Part shown: positions 26,590 through 38,558 of the stretch, piece by piece | Layout: each line of letters starts with the position of its first letter | How positions within the stretch are numbered: the stretch's first letter is position 1 | Assembly (NCBI GenBank): GCA_030390025.1 | Contig: CM059432.1 | Coordinates: 108,874,001-108,938,000, forward strand | Direction: 5' to 3' | DNA length: 64,000 bases | From: Squalus acanthias | Lineage: Eukaryota | Position numbers and translations under genes: made by a program | Notes under the pieces: model-generated | Database searches by the model: none | What the model was told of the DNA's origin: nothing | What the model saw: the letters and a program-made list of their open reading frames with translations, nothing else

Positions 26590-26980
26590 CCTAGTAGTTC
26601 AAGCCCAACACCAGGACATAGGCTAACAGTTCAGTACCATACTGAGGGCATGCTGCACCTTTCAGGTGAGATGTTAAACCGAGGCCCTGTCTTTCAGTTC
26701 AGGTGGGAAGAATAGATCCTGTGGCACTTTTATGAAGCTAAGCAAGAAGTTATCTTGGTTTCCTGGCCAACATTCGTTCCTCAATCAACAGCAACAAAAC
26801 AGATTAACTGGTCTTTCATCTTATTGCTGTTTATGGAAACTTGCTATGTTTAGCTTGGTGGCCATGTTTGCCTACATAACAATAGTGACTACACTTCAAA
26901 AGTAATTTATTGGCTGTGTAGCGCTTTGGGATGTCCCAAGGATGTGAAAGGCGCTATATAAATGCAAGTTATTTCTTTAT
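26590..26980 (+). mobile_element. Deu-domain tRNA SINE with L2-like tail
   Basis: actgagggcatgctgc..gatgttaaaccgaggcc..gatcctgtggcact core; tail gcgctttgggatgtcc..aggcgctatataaatgcaag. Confidence 0.7.
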
Positions 26981-27854
26981 AAAGCACATCAGTTTAGTAA
27001 TTATTGCCCTTTCTTTTTGCTAGATGTGTGTATATAAAGAGTAAATGCTACTTCTTGGATGCATATCAAGCAAAACACTGAGGGTGGTGGGCGGGCTGGG
27101 TATTGGTTTTAGGCGAGAGCACACAATGGGCAATAGCAAATCAGCAACCCGGGTGGGGTGTTAAACGGGCCGATTCTCTAATGTCTGTTTTGCACTCTCA
27201 CCCAAGACCAATTTCAACCCCTGAATCTTTACAATGTTAAATGTCTTACAAACACACACACATCTTTAGATATTGGGATCTTTCCAGAATTAGCAGATTA
27301 AGTTAGGATTTTCTTGAAGTAGGATGCCAAACATTAAAAATTTGAAAATACAGATCCTGTGAAATATTTAGCCAAATTCCATTGTAGAACATTATGATTT
27401 CAGTGTAAAATTTCCTAAATGATATTTCCCCCAATAAATTAGTGAGTCACTGCATTGCATGGTGCGGTGTTGAGCTATACAGACCAAGTTCAATCCCAGC
27501 TTCATGCGGTACAACAAATGCTCTCGGAGTCCCCAATCTGGGCAGGAGACAAATCAGCAAGGTTGCCCAACACTTCCTTTATTGATCATTATCCAGTGAC
27601 TTGGACTGGAAAGTGTCTGTGTAGATTTCAGCTGAAGAACGAATGGGCTTCGTGATGTTCCCCAGGCGTGTCAGCTTGGCTCAGGTGATAGCACTGTTGT
27701 CTCTGAGTCTGACGGTTCATGCTAGGACTTGAGGATGGAATCCTGGCTGACACTCCAGTGCTGTACTGAGGGAGTGCTGCAATGTCAGTGGTGGCATCTT
27801 TCAGATGAAATGTTGAACTCTCTGCTTGTTAAGGTGGTGTTAAAGATTCACATG

Positions 27855-28217
27855 GCAGCTGTTGATGATTCTGCCATTCCCATTTACAGCTCTTCTAGAC
27901 TCATCTTTTGTTTCTTTGCTTGTCCCATTACCATCCCCTTTTACTTTGTACTATCTTTTGTCATTTACTCTCTCCTGCCTTCCACCCTATCACAGACCTT
28001 CCATTTTGTTCTTTCCTCCCCTCCCCCTTTCCCTACCCCTGCACTTGCTTAAAACCTGTTCCATCTCTAACTTTTTCCAGTTCTGAAGAAAGGTCATCGA
28101 CCTGAAACGTTAACTCTGTTTCTCTCTCCACAGATGCTGCCTGACCTGCTGAGTATTTCCAGCATTTTCTGTTTTTATTTCAGATTTCCAGCATCTGCAG
28201 TATTTTGCTTTTGTATT
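27855..28217 (+). mobile_element. PLE-A pLTR with tail; HHR motif at 28079-28115
   Basis: AGTT-CTGAAGA-A-AGGTC-ATC-GACCT-GAAA-CG-TT-AACT followed by the full tail; imperfect flanking duplication tgttaaagat. Confidence 0.85.
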
Positions 28218-28249
28218 CTGTTAAAGATCCCATGGGATTATTTGAAGAA

Positions 28250-28455
28250 AATTGAGAGGTCGCACAACACCAGGTTATAGTCCAACAGTTTTATTTGAAA
28301 TCACAAGCTTTCGGAACTATCGCTCCTTCCTCACCTGAGGAAGGAGCGATAGTTCCGAAAGCTTGTGATTTCAAATAAAACTGTTGGACTATAACCTGGT
28401 GTTGTGCGACCTCTCAATTTTGTCCACCCCAGTCCAACACCGGCATCTCCGCATC
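28250..28455. mobile_element. Palindromic PLE-B mini-insertion; HHR at 28331-28368 (+)
   Basis: Perfect 86-bp arms 28248-28333 / 28336-28421, tail 28422-28455, TSD ATTATTTGAAGAA (28237-28249, 28456-28468). Confidence 0.92.
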
Positions 28456-29443
28456 ATTATTTGAAGAAGCATAGGGAGTTCTCCTGGTACCCTGCCGATA
28501 TTTCTCCTTCAATCAACACCACCAAAAAAAACTGATCAACTGGTCATTTATCTCGCTTGCTGTTTGTGGGTTCTTGTACACAAAACTGGCTGCCTACATG
28601 CAGTAACTACACCTCAAAATTAATTCCTTGGCTATGAAGTGCTTTGGGACATCCTGAGGATGTGATAAAGATGTATAAGTACAAATTCTTTATAGTTCAA
28701 TAGCTTGCTGACATTCACTGTCTAGACTCACAATGAAGAATGGCAACATGAAAGATTTATTCTTAAAGTTAATATGATAAACGAACTTCACAGACTAACA
28801 TTCCCGATACAGCAGTTCCTTCAATATTACACTATCCTCAGGAGCCAAGAGAATGTAACATTGTATCAAGGGGACTGAAGGAAGTATACGTAAAGCTTAT
28901 TTATGAAACAGTACAGTACTATCAATATCTATACTAATGCTTCTCAAAATCAGCTGTGTTGTTCAGAAGTAGCCAAACAATCCTCAGAATGGCAAAATTA
29001 ACAGTGGGAGTAACACTCTGTTCAGAGTAATTATTTTATCAACTGTAGCATTTATTTGTTAATAGGAATTGATCAATAGCAGACAAAACAGCAACAATTT
29101 GCATTTATATAATTGCCTTTAACATAGTAAAACGTCCCAAGGTGCTTCACAGGCGTGTAATCAAACAAAAATTGACACTGAGCCAAAGAAGGAGTCATTT
29201 AAGCCATAGATGCTCCACAGAATAGCAGATTTAAAAATGTGCAAAATGCTCTGGTTAATTTAATGCATGTTGATCAACGTTGACTAGGGCACTAGGAGAA
29301 CTCCCTGTGTTTCTTCAAAAGTCTTTCCCCTCATCGCTGCCTTTTTTTACATTCATCTGGCTTCACTCAAAACTGAGTTAGAAAAGAAGAAATTAGAAGG
29401 AATGAATGCAATTCCTTGCTTTTCCTTTATATTTAAACTACTT

Positions 29444-29610
29444 GGTGCTCAATTGCTGCAGGGGTTGCCCCAATCTCCTGCTGTAACTTTAGCTGAAGAT
29501 CAGCGGAATCCCTGGAGGAACAGCATAAATGGCCATTTCCCCAGAGGTTCCGCTGATCTGCCACCAAAATCAGCAGGAGATCAGGAGAATCCCTGTGGAA
29601 ATTCAGGGCC
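29444..29610. mobile_element. Small palindromic Harbinger-type MITE
   Basis: Internal inverted pairs atctcctgctg/cagcaggagat and gatcagcggaa/ttccgctgatc; CTT duplication. Confidence 0.65.
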
Positions 29611-30247
29611 CTTAGATTTATTAGTCTCAAAATCATTGATCCATGTGTTAAAATTGATATAGATTCTTCTTATCATACCCCATCATGCATTGACTTAGTG
29701 ATAAATGGATAACATTCCAATATATCTACATAGCAATTGAACAGATGAAACAGAAGATGAGATTTAAAGGAGCACTGTTTCAAGAAAAAAAAGCATTTTG
29801 GGAAGGAGGAGAGACAAAAGGGACATGTGTCATTCTTCATACATGGAGATTATGCCCAATTGACATGATGACATGTCTTAACACAGTTTATATCGGTTCA
29901 TGATTTCTCTCCAAACAAACAAAAAAAGGTTTGCTAAACACAGGAAGATGGTTCCCCTTTATACTTACAGATGTATTAATACTAAACAAAATGACCATGA
30001 TGACAATATAAAGGCTATATAGTTAACTAGGGTGTGTCATTCAAAAAAGATCTTGGTGTCATAGTGCGCCAAATATTAACTATCACTATAGGACAGCAGT
30101 TATAGAGGCAAATAAGATATTATATTACAGAAGTATATCCAGAGAATATAAAACCAAAGCATTAATATTGATACTATCTAAAGCATTAGGAAAACACACA
30201 TGGAGTGTTGTGTGCATTTCTGAACACTGTACTTAAAAAAAGATATA

Positions 30248-30994
30248 GGTCTAGAAATTCGCCTCCTTTGCGCCTCCCGTTAGCGCCTCTGGGGGCTAAC
30301 GACTTACCGCCCGGGCGCGGCGATAGTACCACCGCCTGTGAAATTCACCTGGCTGTTTGCAGTGTTGGTAACCCCTAGCGCCACGCTCTTCTGCGCCCAA
30401 AGATCATGACATCATCTGGCTGCCCAGCGCCCCAGTACTGCCCTGGACCCGAAATTCAGTTCCGCCTCCATAGCATTGCTGGCCGATAACACCGACAGCT
30501 GCAGGAGGCGTTGTTCGGGAGGCCGGGCGCTTCGGGAGCACTAATTAAAGGTAAGGCCGCTGGTCTTCAGTGGAAATGTGTTTCCTTCCTTTAGGGTGCA
30601 TTTTGAAAATGTTTAAATGGCCTGATTGATCAGCCCTGCGCTCTGTTTGAGTGCTTGGGGCTGATCGGCGAGGATCCCGGCTGCCGTCAGCGACGAGGGA
30701 GATCGTTCAAATGCAGAGCCTGCAGCAATGGCCCTTCCCTTTAAGGGAAGGAAGGAGCCCTCAGATCCCGGCAGCACTGCAGTGGTCATTGTGCAATGCT
30801 GCACCTCTACCACCACCCCTGCTTGGTTTAGCGTGCCAGAAGGGAAGTGGTAACGCTTGATTTAGCGCGCCACTTCCTTCCTGGAGTGCGAACACTGAAT
30901 TTACCGATACCTGAGAATGATTAGCGCCTGGCACTAATTTTTCCAGCTTTCAAAATTTAGCGCCCCAAACGGGGCGATACCAAATTTCTCCCCC
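30248..30994. mobile_element. Harbinger-type MITE
   Basis: TIRs GGTCTAGAAATT / AATTTCTCCCCC, ATA duplication, TAGCGCC repeats. Confidence 0.7.
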
Positions 30995-33350
30995 ATAGAG
31001 GCAATAAAAAGGATTCAGGAAGGACAATAGGAATGATACTAAATGTTGAGCATTAGCACAGACACAGGCTTGAGTCTTGGTCCGCTCAGTTCGAGCCAGA
31101 GTCATGTTCATTTGGGGGACTACAACATCTCTCAAAAGATTAGGGGGATGGGAGGGAGATTCACATCTGTGTGTTTTCTGGCACCTCCTCATGGCTGCCA
31201 GATAGCGCAACGTTAACTGAGTGCATCGTGAACAGAGTGGGAAGTTTAGAATTTGGTGAGAGTCGGAATTCAGTGCAGGGGGGAAAGAGGTGCTTCTTTT
31301 ATCCTTTAACACTGTAGTAGTTTGTGCAAGTTTGAGGCAGTAAGTAGAGTGGCAGATTTAAACAGCGCGTGAGAGCCGGCAGCAGCAGAGCCTATTGGGT
31401 GAAGCAGAGCGGCAGACACCAGACAAACAAAGGGAAAAACTCAAAAAGTGATGTAAGGTCAGCACAGAGTGTGGAGCGGCGCGGGTAAGGTATTCGTTTA
31501 TTGGTTAGTGTTTTTACTGGTTAGTGTTTTTTATTTAGTGGTCATCTAAACAGTAAAATAGCCTTAAAGCTAAAAATAATCTATCAATATATTTTATCTA
31601 TAAATAAATATAGACTAAAATATGGCAGAGCAGGTTGTGTGTCTGGACTGCAGTATGTGGGAGTTTGTGGACAGCGAGACTGTCCCGAGTAAACACGTCT
31701 GCAGGAGATGTCTCCGTCTCGAATCTCTCCGGCTCAGAGTGATTGAGCTGGAATGCGAGTTGGAGACACTCCAACACATAAGGAAAGGGAAGGGGAGGAG
31801 TACCTGGACAGTTTTTCCAGACCTCGGTCACACCTTGTAGAGAGGTGCAGGATCAGAACGGGGTTGGTGTGACCGATTACGTACAGAGTAACGGGAACCC
31901 AGGTGCGATAGAGAAGGAGGATCTGCAGAAACTGATCCTATCCAACAGGTACAATGTACTTGCTACCCGTGAGGATAAGGATAAAGACTGTCGGAAGGAC
32001 AGCCAGAATTCTGACCATGGCACCTTGGAGCAGGAGGCTGTCCAAAGGGAGGAGGAGGTAGTTGTAGAGGATTCAATAATTAGGGGTCAGATAGCATCCT
32101 TTGTAAGCAAGATCGAAAGTCCCACATGGTACGTTGCCTACCTGGTGCCAGGCTGAGGGACATCTCGAACCAGCTTGAAAGGATGTTGGAGAAGGAGGGG
32201 GAGGATCCAGTCATTGTAGTCCACGTTGGGACCAACAACATAGGAAAAAGTATGCAAGAGGTCCTGTTTGGGTAGTACCAGGAACTAGGAGCTAAATTAA
32301 AGAACAAGACCTCAAGGGTTAATATCTCTGGATTATTACCCGAGCCACATGCAAATTGGGGTAGGGATAAGCTGATTAGGGAGTGAACACGTGGCTGAAG
32401 GAGTGGTGTGGGAAAAAAGGGTTCAATTTCATGGGACACTGGCACCAGTACTGGAACAGGAAGGAACTGTTCCTGGGCTGCACCTCAATCGGGCTGGGAC
32501 CAGGGTTCCAGAAGAAAGGATAATTAGGGCGGTCTCAAGGCCTTTAAACTAGTAAATGGAGGGGAGGGCTTAGGTGGAAAAGGTCGTATAAATAATAATT
32601 CTAAAACAAATGAAAAGGAGAGAGCAGAGTAATAGTCAGAAATTGTGTGTTAGGCAACAGGTAAAAGGAAAACTAAAAGATGTAAAGTAATTAAATCAGG
32701 AGAGGGAAATAAGAAACATGTGAGTAAAACATTAGAGCTGAAGGACAGGTTAGCATGTGTGGCCCAAATAAGTGTTCTTTATGCAAATGCACAGAGTATA
32801 AGGAACAAATTGAATGAATTGCAGGTGCAAATTCAATTTAGAGGGTACGACATGGTAGCAATTACAGAGACATGGCTGCAAGACGATCATACTGGGAACT
32901 GAATATACCAGGTTATAAGCTCTACCGGAAGGATGTTGTATCTGGTGAAGGGGGAGGAGTAGCATTAGTGATTAAGTATGAAATTACTTCTATGATAAAA
33001 GATGATATAACGAGAGGTAAGCAGGCAGTGGAGATTTTATGCGTAGAATTAAGAAATAGAAAATAGAAATAGTGGGAGTTGTGTATAGGCCCCTGGTAGC
33101 TTCTGTCAAGTGGCAGTATGTATTAATGCAGAGATTAGACAAGCATGTAGTAAAGGCAGAGTGGTTTTAATGGGGGATTTTAACTTCCATATAGATTGAG
33201 ATAAGCAGGCGAGCTCATGTCAGAAAGTTAGGGAATTTTTTGAGTGTGTTCAAGATAGTTTTTTTGCAACAATATGTCCTAGAACCAACAAGGGGCAGGC
33301 CATATTAGATTTAATAATGAGCAATGAGCCAGATTAAGTCCACAGCCTAA

Positions 33351-34158
33351 GGACTGGATTTCGTCAGCCCTGAGGAGGCGGGTATGGAGGCGGGACTGCC
33401 GGTAAAGTTGCAGAATTTGGGGACGGGTGGCAAACCCGCTCCCATCCCGACTCCGTGCCCTCTTGCCAGGAGGCGAGAAGCCGTCCTGCCCCGGGTCCCA
33501 TCTCCTTGAGGCGGGAAAGGGATTAAATCCTATAGGATTATCCCCATTTTTCCTGCTGAAGTGCGGGCTTCCTGACCTGGGGGGAAACCCACCAGGGTGA
33601 AGGAGGCGAGTAGGAGGTCGGAGGGGGTCGGAGGGGTCTGAAAGTGCAATGTAGAGGTGAGTGATGGGTGCAAGTGTGGAGTGGTAAGTATGTAAGGTAA
33701 GTGTAAAGTGTTAGAAAATGTTTACTTACCTTTGTTTCTGCCTATTGCCTTCAGCCGCTGAGAAGCCGGAGTCCCGACATCTCCATTGTAGATTTCACAG
33801 ACTGGCTGTTGGATCCTCCGAACCAGCAGCCAGGTGATTTCTGCAAAGTTGAAAGGTTTGATGAGTCCTGAACACAAGGACTCATCAAACTACACAGAAT
33901 GTCAGTGTTTGACAGCTTCACAGAGCTGTCAAACGCTGACATTTCTTCTTTCACAAATCTTGACAGATGGCACGTCATACGTTGACGTGCTCTGTCAATG
34001 ACTTCCCCCTAATTAGCCTGCTGAGCCCGCTGGGCAGGCTTAACAAGGTCAACCAGGGGAAAATCCCTCTGGTTGGCCAGAAGCTGATGGAGGCGGGATT
34101 GAAAGCCGGCAAGCAGCAGTCCCACCTCCAAAAGCTACCCATTGAGAAAATCCAGCCC
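33351..34158. mobile_element. Harbinger-type MITE
   Basis: TIRs GGACTGGATTTT / AAAATCCAGCCC, TAA duplication; inverted homolog of 36943-38558. Confidence 0.85.
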
Positions 34159-34710
34159 TAACAGTTAATGAACGTTTCTCTCATAGCAACAATCGTATGA
34201 TTGCGTTCGGTGTCATGTTTGAAAGGAAGAAACGCGAAACTGGGCAAATCTGATAATGGACAAAACAACAGAAGATCAGTGGGAGGGGTTCAAAAAACAA
34301 ATTTAACGTGACTCAGAAGCAGTTTATGTCACTGAGGGGCAAGAGCTCTACTTGCCAAAAAAGCAGCCATGGACAACTAAAGATGTAAGCGGCAATATAA
34401 AACTAAAAGAAAAAGCAGACAAGAATGCAAAAAATAACTCCGATCCTGGCGAATGGGAAAGATACAAAGAACAGCAACAGGTGACAAAACAGATAGTAAG
34501 AGCTACAAAAAGGGAGTAATGAAACGAAACTTGCAAGGGACATCAAAATCAACAAAAAAAACTTTTACAATTACATTAGGAAAAAGAGGGTGGTTAAGAG
34601 CAATGTTGGCCCCTTGAAAACAAATATTATATTATAAATGATAAGGAAATGGGGGACATGTTAAATAATTACTTTGCGTCAGTATTTACAGTAGAGGAAG
34701 AGGATAGCAT

Positions 34711-34813
34711 AAAATAAAAACAGAAAATGCTGGAATTACTCAGCAGGTCAGGCAGCATCTGTAGAGAGAGAAACAGAGTTAACGTTTCAGGTCGATGACC
34801 CTTCGTCAGAACT
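34711..34813 (-). mobile_element. 103-nt PLE-A pLTR fragment; HHR at 34777-34813
   Basis: Minus strand AGTT-CTGACGA-A-GGGTC-ATC-GACCT-GAAA-CG-TT-AACT then pLTR without tail. Confidence 0.85.
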
Positions 34814-34924
34814 GCCGGACATCCCAAGGAAACGAATATTGAATCAGGGATGGGGACTAACTAAAATTAACATAAGAAAATTAAGAGTAATGAAGAAAAT
34901 AATGATACTAAAGCGTGACAAATT

Positions 34925-35755
34925 TTTTTAAATTCGTTTTTATGGGATGTGGGTGTCGCTGGCAAGGCCAGCATTTATTGCCCATCCCTAATTGCCCTTG
35001 AGAAGGTGGTGGTGAGCCGCTTTCTTGAACCGCTGCAGTCCGTGTGGTGAAGGTACTCCCACAGTGCTGTTAGGTAGGGAGTTCCAGGATTTTGACCCAG
35101 CGACGATGAAGGAATGGCGATATACTTCCAAGTCAGGATGGAGTGTGACTTGGAGGGGAACTTGAAGGTGGTGGTGTTCCCATGCATCTGCTGCCCTTGT
35201 CCTTCTAGGTGGAAGAGGTCGCGGGTTTGGGAGGTGCTGACGAAGAAGCCTTGGTGAGTTGCTGCAGTGCATCTTGTAGATGTTACACACTGCAGCCACG
35301 GTACGCTGGTGGTGGAGGGAGTGAATGTTTAAGGATGGAGGAGTTTAGGACATTAGCTGAAAGGTATGATTCTGTGAGTTTGACTATGTCAGGCTGTTGC
35401 TTGACTAGTCTGTGGGACAGCTCTCCCAATTTTGGCACAAGTCCCCAGATGTTGGTGAGGAGGACTTTGCAGGGTTGACTGGGCTGCCGTTGCCGTGTCC
35501 GTAGCCGGTGCCGAGGTCGATGCTGGGTGGTCCGTCCGATTTCATTCTTATTATGTTTCGTAGCGGTTTGTTACAACTGAGTGACTTGCTAGGCCATTTC
35601 AGAGGGCAGTTAAGAGTCAACCACATTGCTGTGGGTCTGGAGTCACATAGGCCAGACGAGGTAAGGACGGCAGATTTCCTTCCCTAAAGGACATTAGTGA
35701 ACCAGATGGGTTTTTACAACAATCCGATAGTTTCATGGTTACCATTACTGATACT
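34925..35755 (-). mobile_element. Internally deleted LINE derivative: SINE-like core, APE N-terminus, LINE 3' end
   Basis: 35570-35755 matches SINE 48900-49322; ~35345-35475 reads LTNIWGLVPKLGELSHRLVKQQPDIVKLTESYL; 34988-35299 is the ORF C-terminus; GACAAAT duplication. Confidence 0.75.
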
Positions 35756-35877
35756 AGCCCCAGGACAAATCCCCAGGACCAGATGATTTTCATCCCAGGG
35801 TTTTAAGGGAAGTAGGTGAGAACATTGCAGATGCCCTAACTATGGTCTTTCAATTTAGATTGGAAAATTGCACATGT

Positions 35878-36897
35878 CATAGAATCATAGAATTAAAGAA
35901 ATTTACAACACAGAAGGGGGCCATTCATCCCATCGTGTCTGCACCGGTCGGAAAAGAGCTATCCAGCCGAATCCCACTTTCCAGCTCTTGGTCCATAGAC
36001 TTGCAGTTTATGACACCTCAAGTGCATATCCAAGTACTTTTTAAATGTGATGAGAGTTTCAGACTCTACCATCCTTTCAGGTAGTGAGTTCCAGACCCCC
36101 ACCACCCTCTGGGTGAAAAAAGTTCTCCTCAACTCCCCTCCAATCCTTCTACAAATTACCTTAAATCTACACCCCCTGGTTATTGACCTCTCTGCTAAGG
36201 GAAATAGATCCTTCCTATCCACTCTATCTAGGCCCCTCATAATTTTATACACCTCAATTAAGTCTCCCCTCAGTCTCCTCTGTTCCAAAGGAAACAATCC
36301 CAGCCTATCCAATCTTTCCTCATAGCTAAAATTCTCCAGTCCTGGCAACATCCTCGTAAATCTCCTCTGTTGCGCAATCACTTTTTCTTGTAATGTAGTG
36401 ACCAGAACTGTACGCAGTGCTCTAGTGTTTTATACAGTTCTAGCATAACCTCTCTACTCTTATATTCTATGCCTCGGCTAATAAAGGAAAGTATCCCGTA
36501 TGCCTTCTTAACCACCTTATCTACCTGTCCTGCTACCTTCAGGGATCTGTGGACACGCACTCCAAGGTCCCTCTGTTCCTCTACATTTCTCAGTATCCTA
36601 CAATTTATTGTGTATTCCCTTGCCTTGTTAGCCCTCCCCTCACGCTTACTCCGATTAAATTCCATTTGCCACTTTTCTGCCCACCCGACCAGTCCATTGA
36701 TATCTTTCTGCAGTCTACAGCTATCTTCCTCATTATCAACCACACGGCCAATTTTTGTATCATTTGCAAACTTCTTAATCATGCCCTCTATATTGAAATC
36801 CAAATCAGTGATATATACCACAAAAAGCAAGGGACCTAGTATTGAGCCCTGCGGAAACCCACTGGAAACAGCCTTCCAGTCACAAAAACACCCGTCA
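35878..36897 (-). mobile_element. CR1 LINE 3' part
   Basis: GFPQGSILGP..FAND..RRLRGDLIEVYK..VWNSLP; (ATTCTATG)2 tail. Confidence 0.92.
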
Positions 36898-36942
36898 CTC
36901 CACTATTTAAGAAAGGTGAGAGAGGGAAATCAGGGACTTATC

Positions 36943-37700
36943 GGGCTGGATTTTGTGAATGGAGACGAGTTGGAGGCGGAACTGCTGCTTGTCGTGTCAG
37001 TGTCCCGCCTCCATCCTCGCCTGACCAACCAGAGGGATTTTCCCCTGATTGACCTTGTTAAGCCCGCCCTGCGGGCTCAGCAGGCCAATTAGGGAGGAAG
37101 TCACTGACAGAGCATGTCAATGTTTGACATGCTATCTGTCAAGACTTCTTGTAAGAAGAAATGTCAGCGTTTGACAGCTCTGTGAAGCTGTCAAACACTG
37201 AGGGCTGGATTTTGAATGACCCGTGGAGTCGGGTTTTGAGGCATGTGGGGGGTTAAAGTAGCAGATTCGGGGGTCCCGACCCCATCCCGACTCCAACACG
37301 CCTCCACGCAATTTTGACAAAATGGGTCGCGGGGTTCCCGACTCCGTCCCGCCTCCAAGAGGCGCGAGAGGCCATTAACGCTCTTAACTATCCCTAAATT
37401 GGCTCTGTAATGCCATTTTGAAACGTTTTAGCTAGTTTAACCCTTTTCCGACATGAAGTACGCCTGATGTGAAACACGCCAGTGAAACCTGGCGGGAGCA
37501 CAAGTGGATAGCTGACTATCAGCTGCAGGTCCACTATTACAATGGAGATGTGATGAAGGTAGTAGTAGTATTAGGTCTGAAAGTCGCCTCTGATGCTGCT
37601 GCATTGAATGTCTTCAAAAACTGCCTGGCCTTTGCTGTGAGAGGACCTGGATGCAAAAAAAAATTCTCTCTCTCTCTCTCTCTCTCTTCTCTCTTCTCTT

Positions 37701-37738
<38 letters not shown>

Positions 37739-38558
37739 CTTAGAGCTGCTGTTCATTTTGCATCCAGGTCCTCTCACACCAAAAGCCAGGCAGTCTCTGA
37801 GACCAGGCAGTCAGTCTCTGACCTGCAATGATGACATCATCAGAGGCGACTTTCAGACTGAAACCACTAATTGGTTCATGGGTTCCCACATGCTGGAACT
37901 CAATTACCCAATTAAGTGAAAATTGCATCATTCATCCACATTAATCTGGAGTTGGGGGGGCAACACGAAATGTGGGTAACACGACCCCAATCCAACCCTA
38001 AGACAAAATCCAGCCCTGACATTCTCTTTAGTTTGATGAGGCCTTGTGTTCAGGACTCATCAAATCTTTCAACTTTTTAAATTTCACATGGCTGTTGGTT
38101 CGGAGGTTCCAACAGCCAGTCTGTGAAATTGACAAGGAGGATGTCGGCTCTCCTGATCCAGCGCGGCTAAAGGCTGTATGACGAAAACAAGGTAAGTGAA
38201 CATTTTTTTAAACTAGGACCCAACTTGCATATTTACCACTCCACATTTGCACCCATCACTCACCTCTACACCTTACTTCCAGGTGCCTCCGACTGCCGCA
38301 GACCTCCTCCACGTCTCCTCCAACCCGACGGGGTTCACCGAGGTCGGGAAGCCTTCACCTGTTAACAGGCAGTTCAAAGGATTAAATGCCTTTCCCGCCT
38401 CCAGGAGACGGGACCCGAAGCTGCACATCTTCCCGCCTCCTGGCAAAAGGGCACGGAGGCGGGATGGGGGTGGGTTTGCCATCCGCCCCCACTTTCTCCG
38501 AGTTTACCGGCTGTCCCACCTCCATGCCCACCTCCTTGGGGCTTGGAAAATCCAGCCC
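36943..38558. mobile_element. Harbinger-type MITE with a nested MITE
   Basis: Perfect TIRs GGGCTGGATTTT / AAAATCCAGCCC. Confidence 0.85.
37202..38016. mobile_element. Nested Harbinger-type MITE containing a (CT)n microsatellite (~37665-37735)
   Basis: Same 12-bp TIR; TGA duplication, confirmed against the uninterrupted homolog at ~33890-33945. Confidence 0.88.

Larger units (their letters stand above)
27668..28692 (+). mobile_element. Deu-domain SINE interrupted by two PLE insertions
   Basis: Head gtgtcagcttggctcag, core gagggagtgctgc..aaagatcccatgg..gaagaagc, L2-like tail; collinear with 62135-62592 once inserts are removed. Confidence 0.7.
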
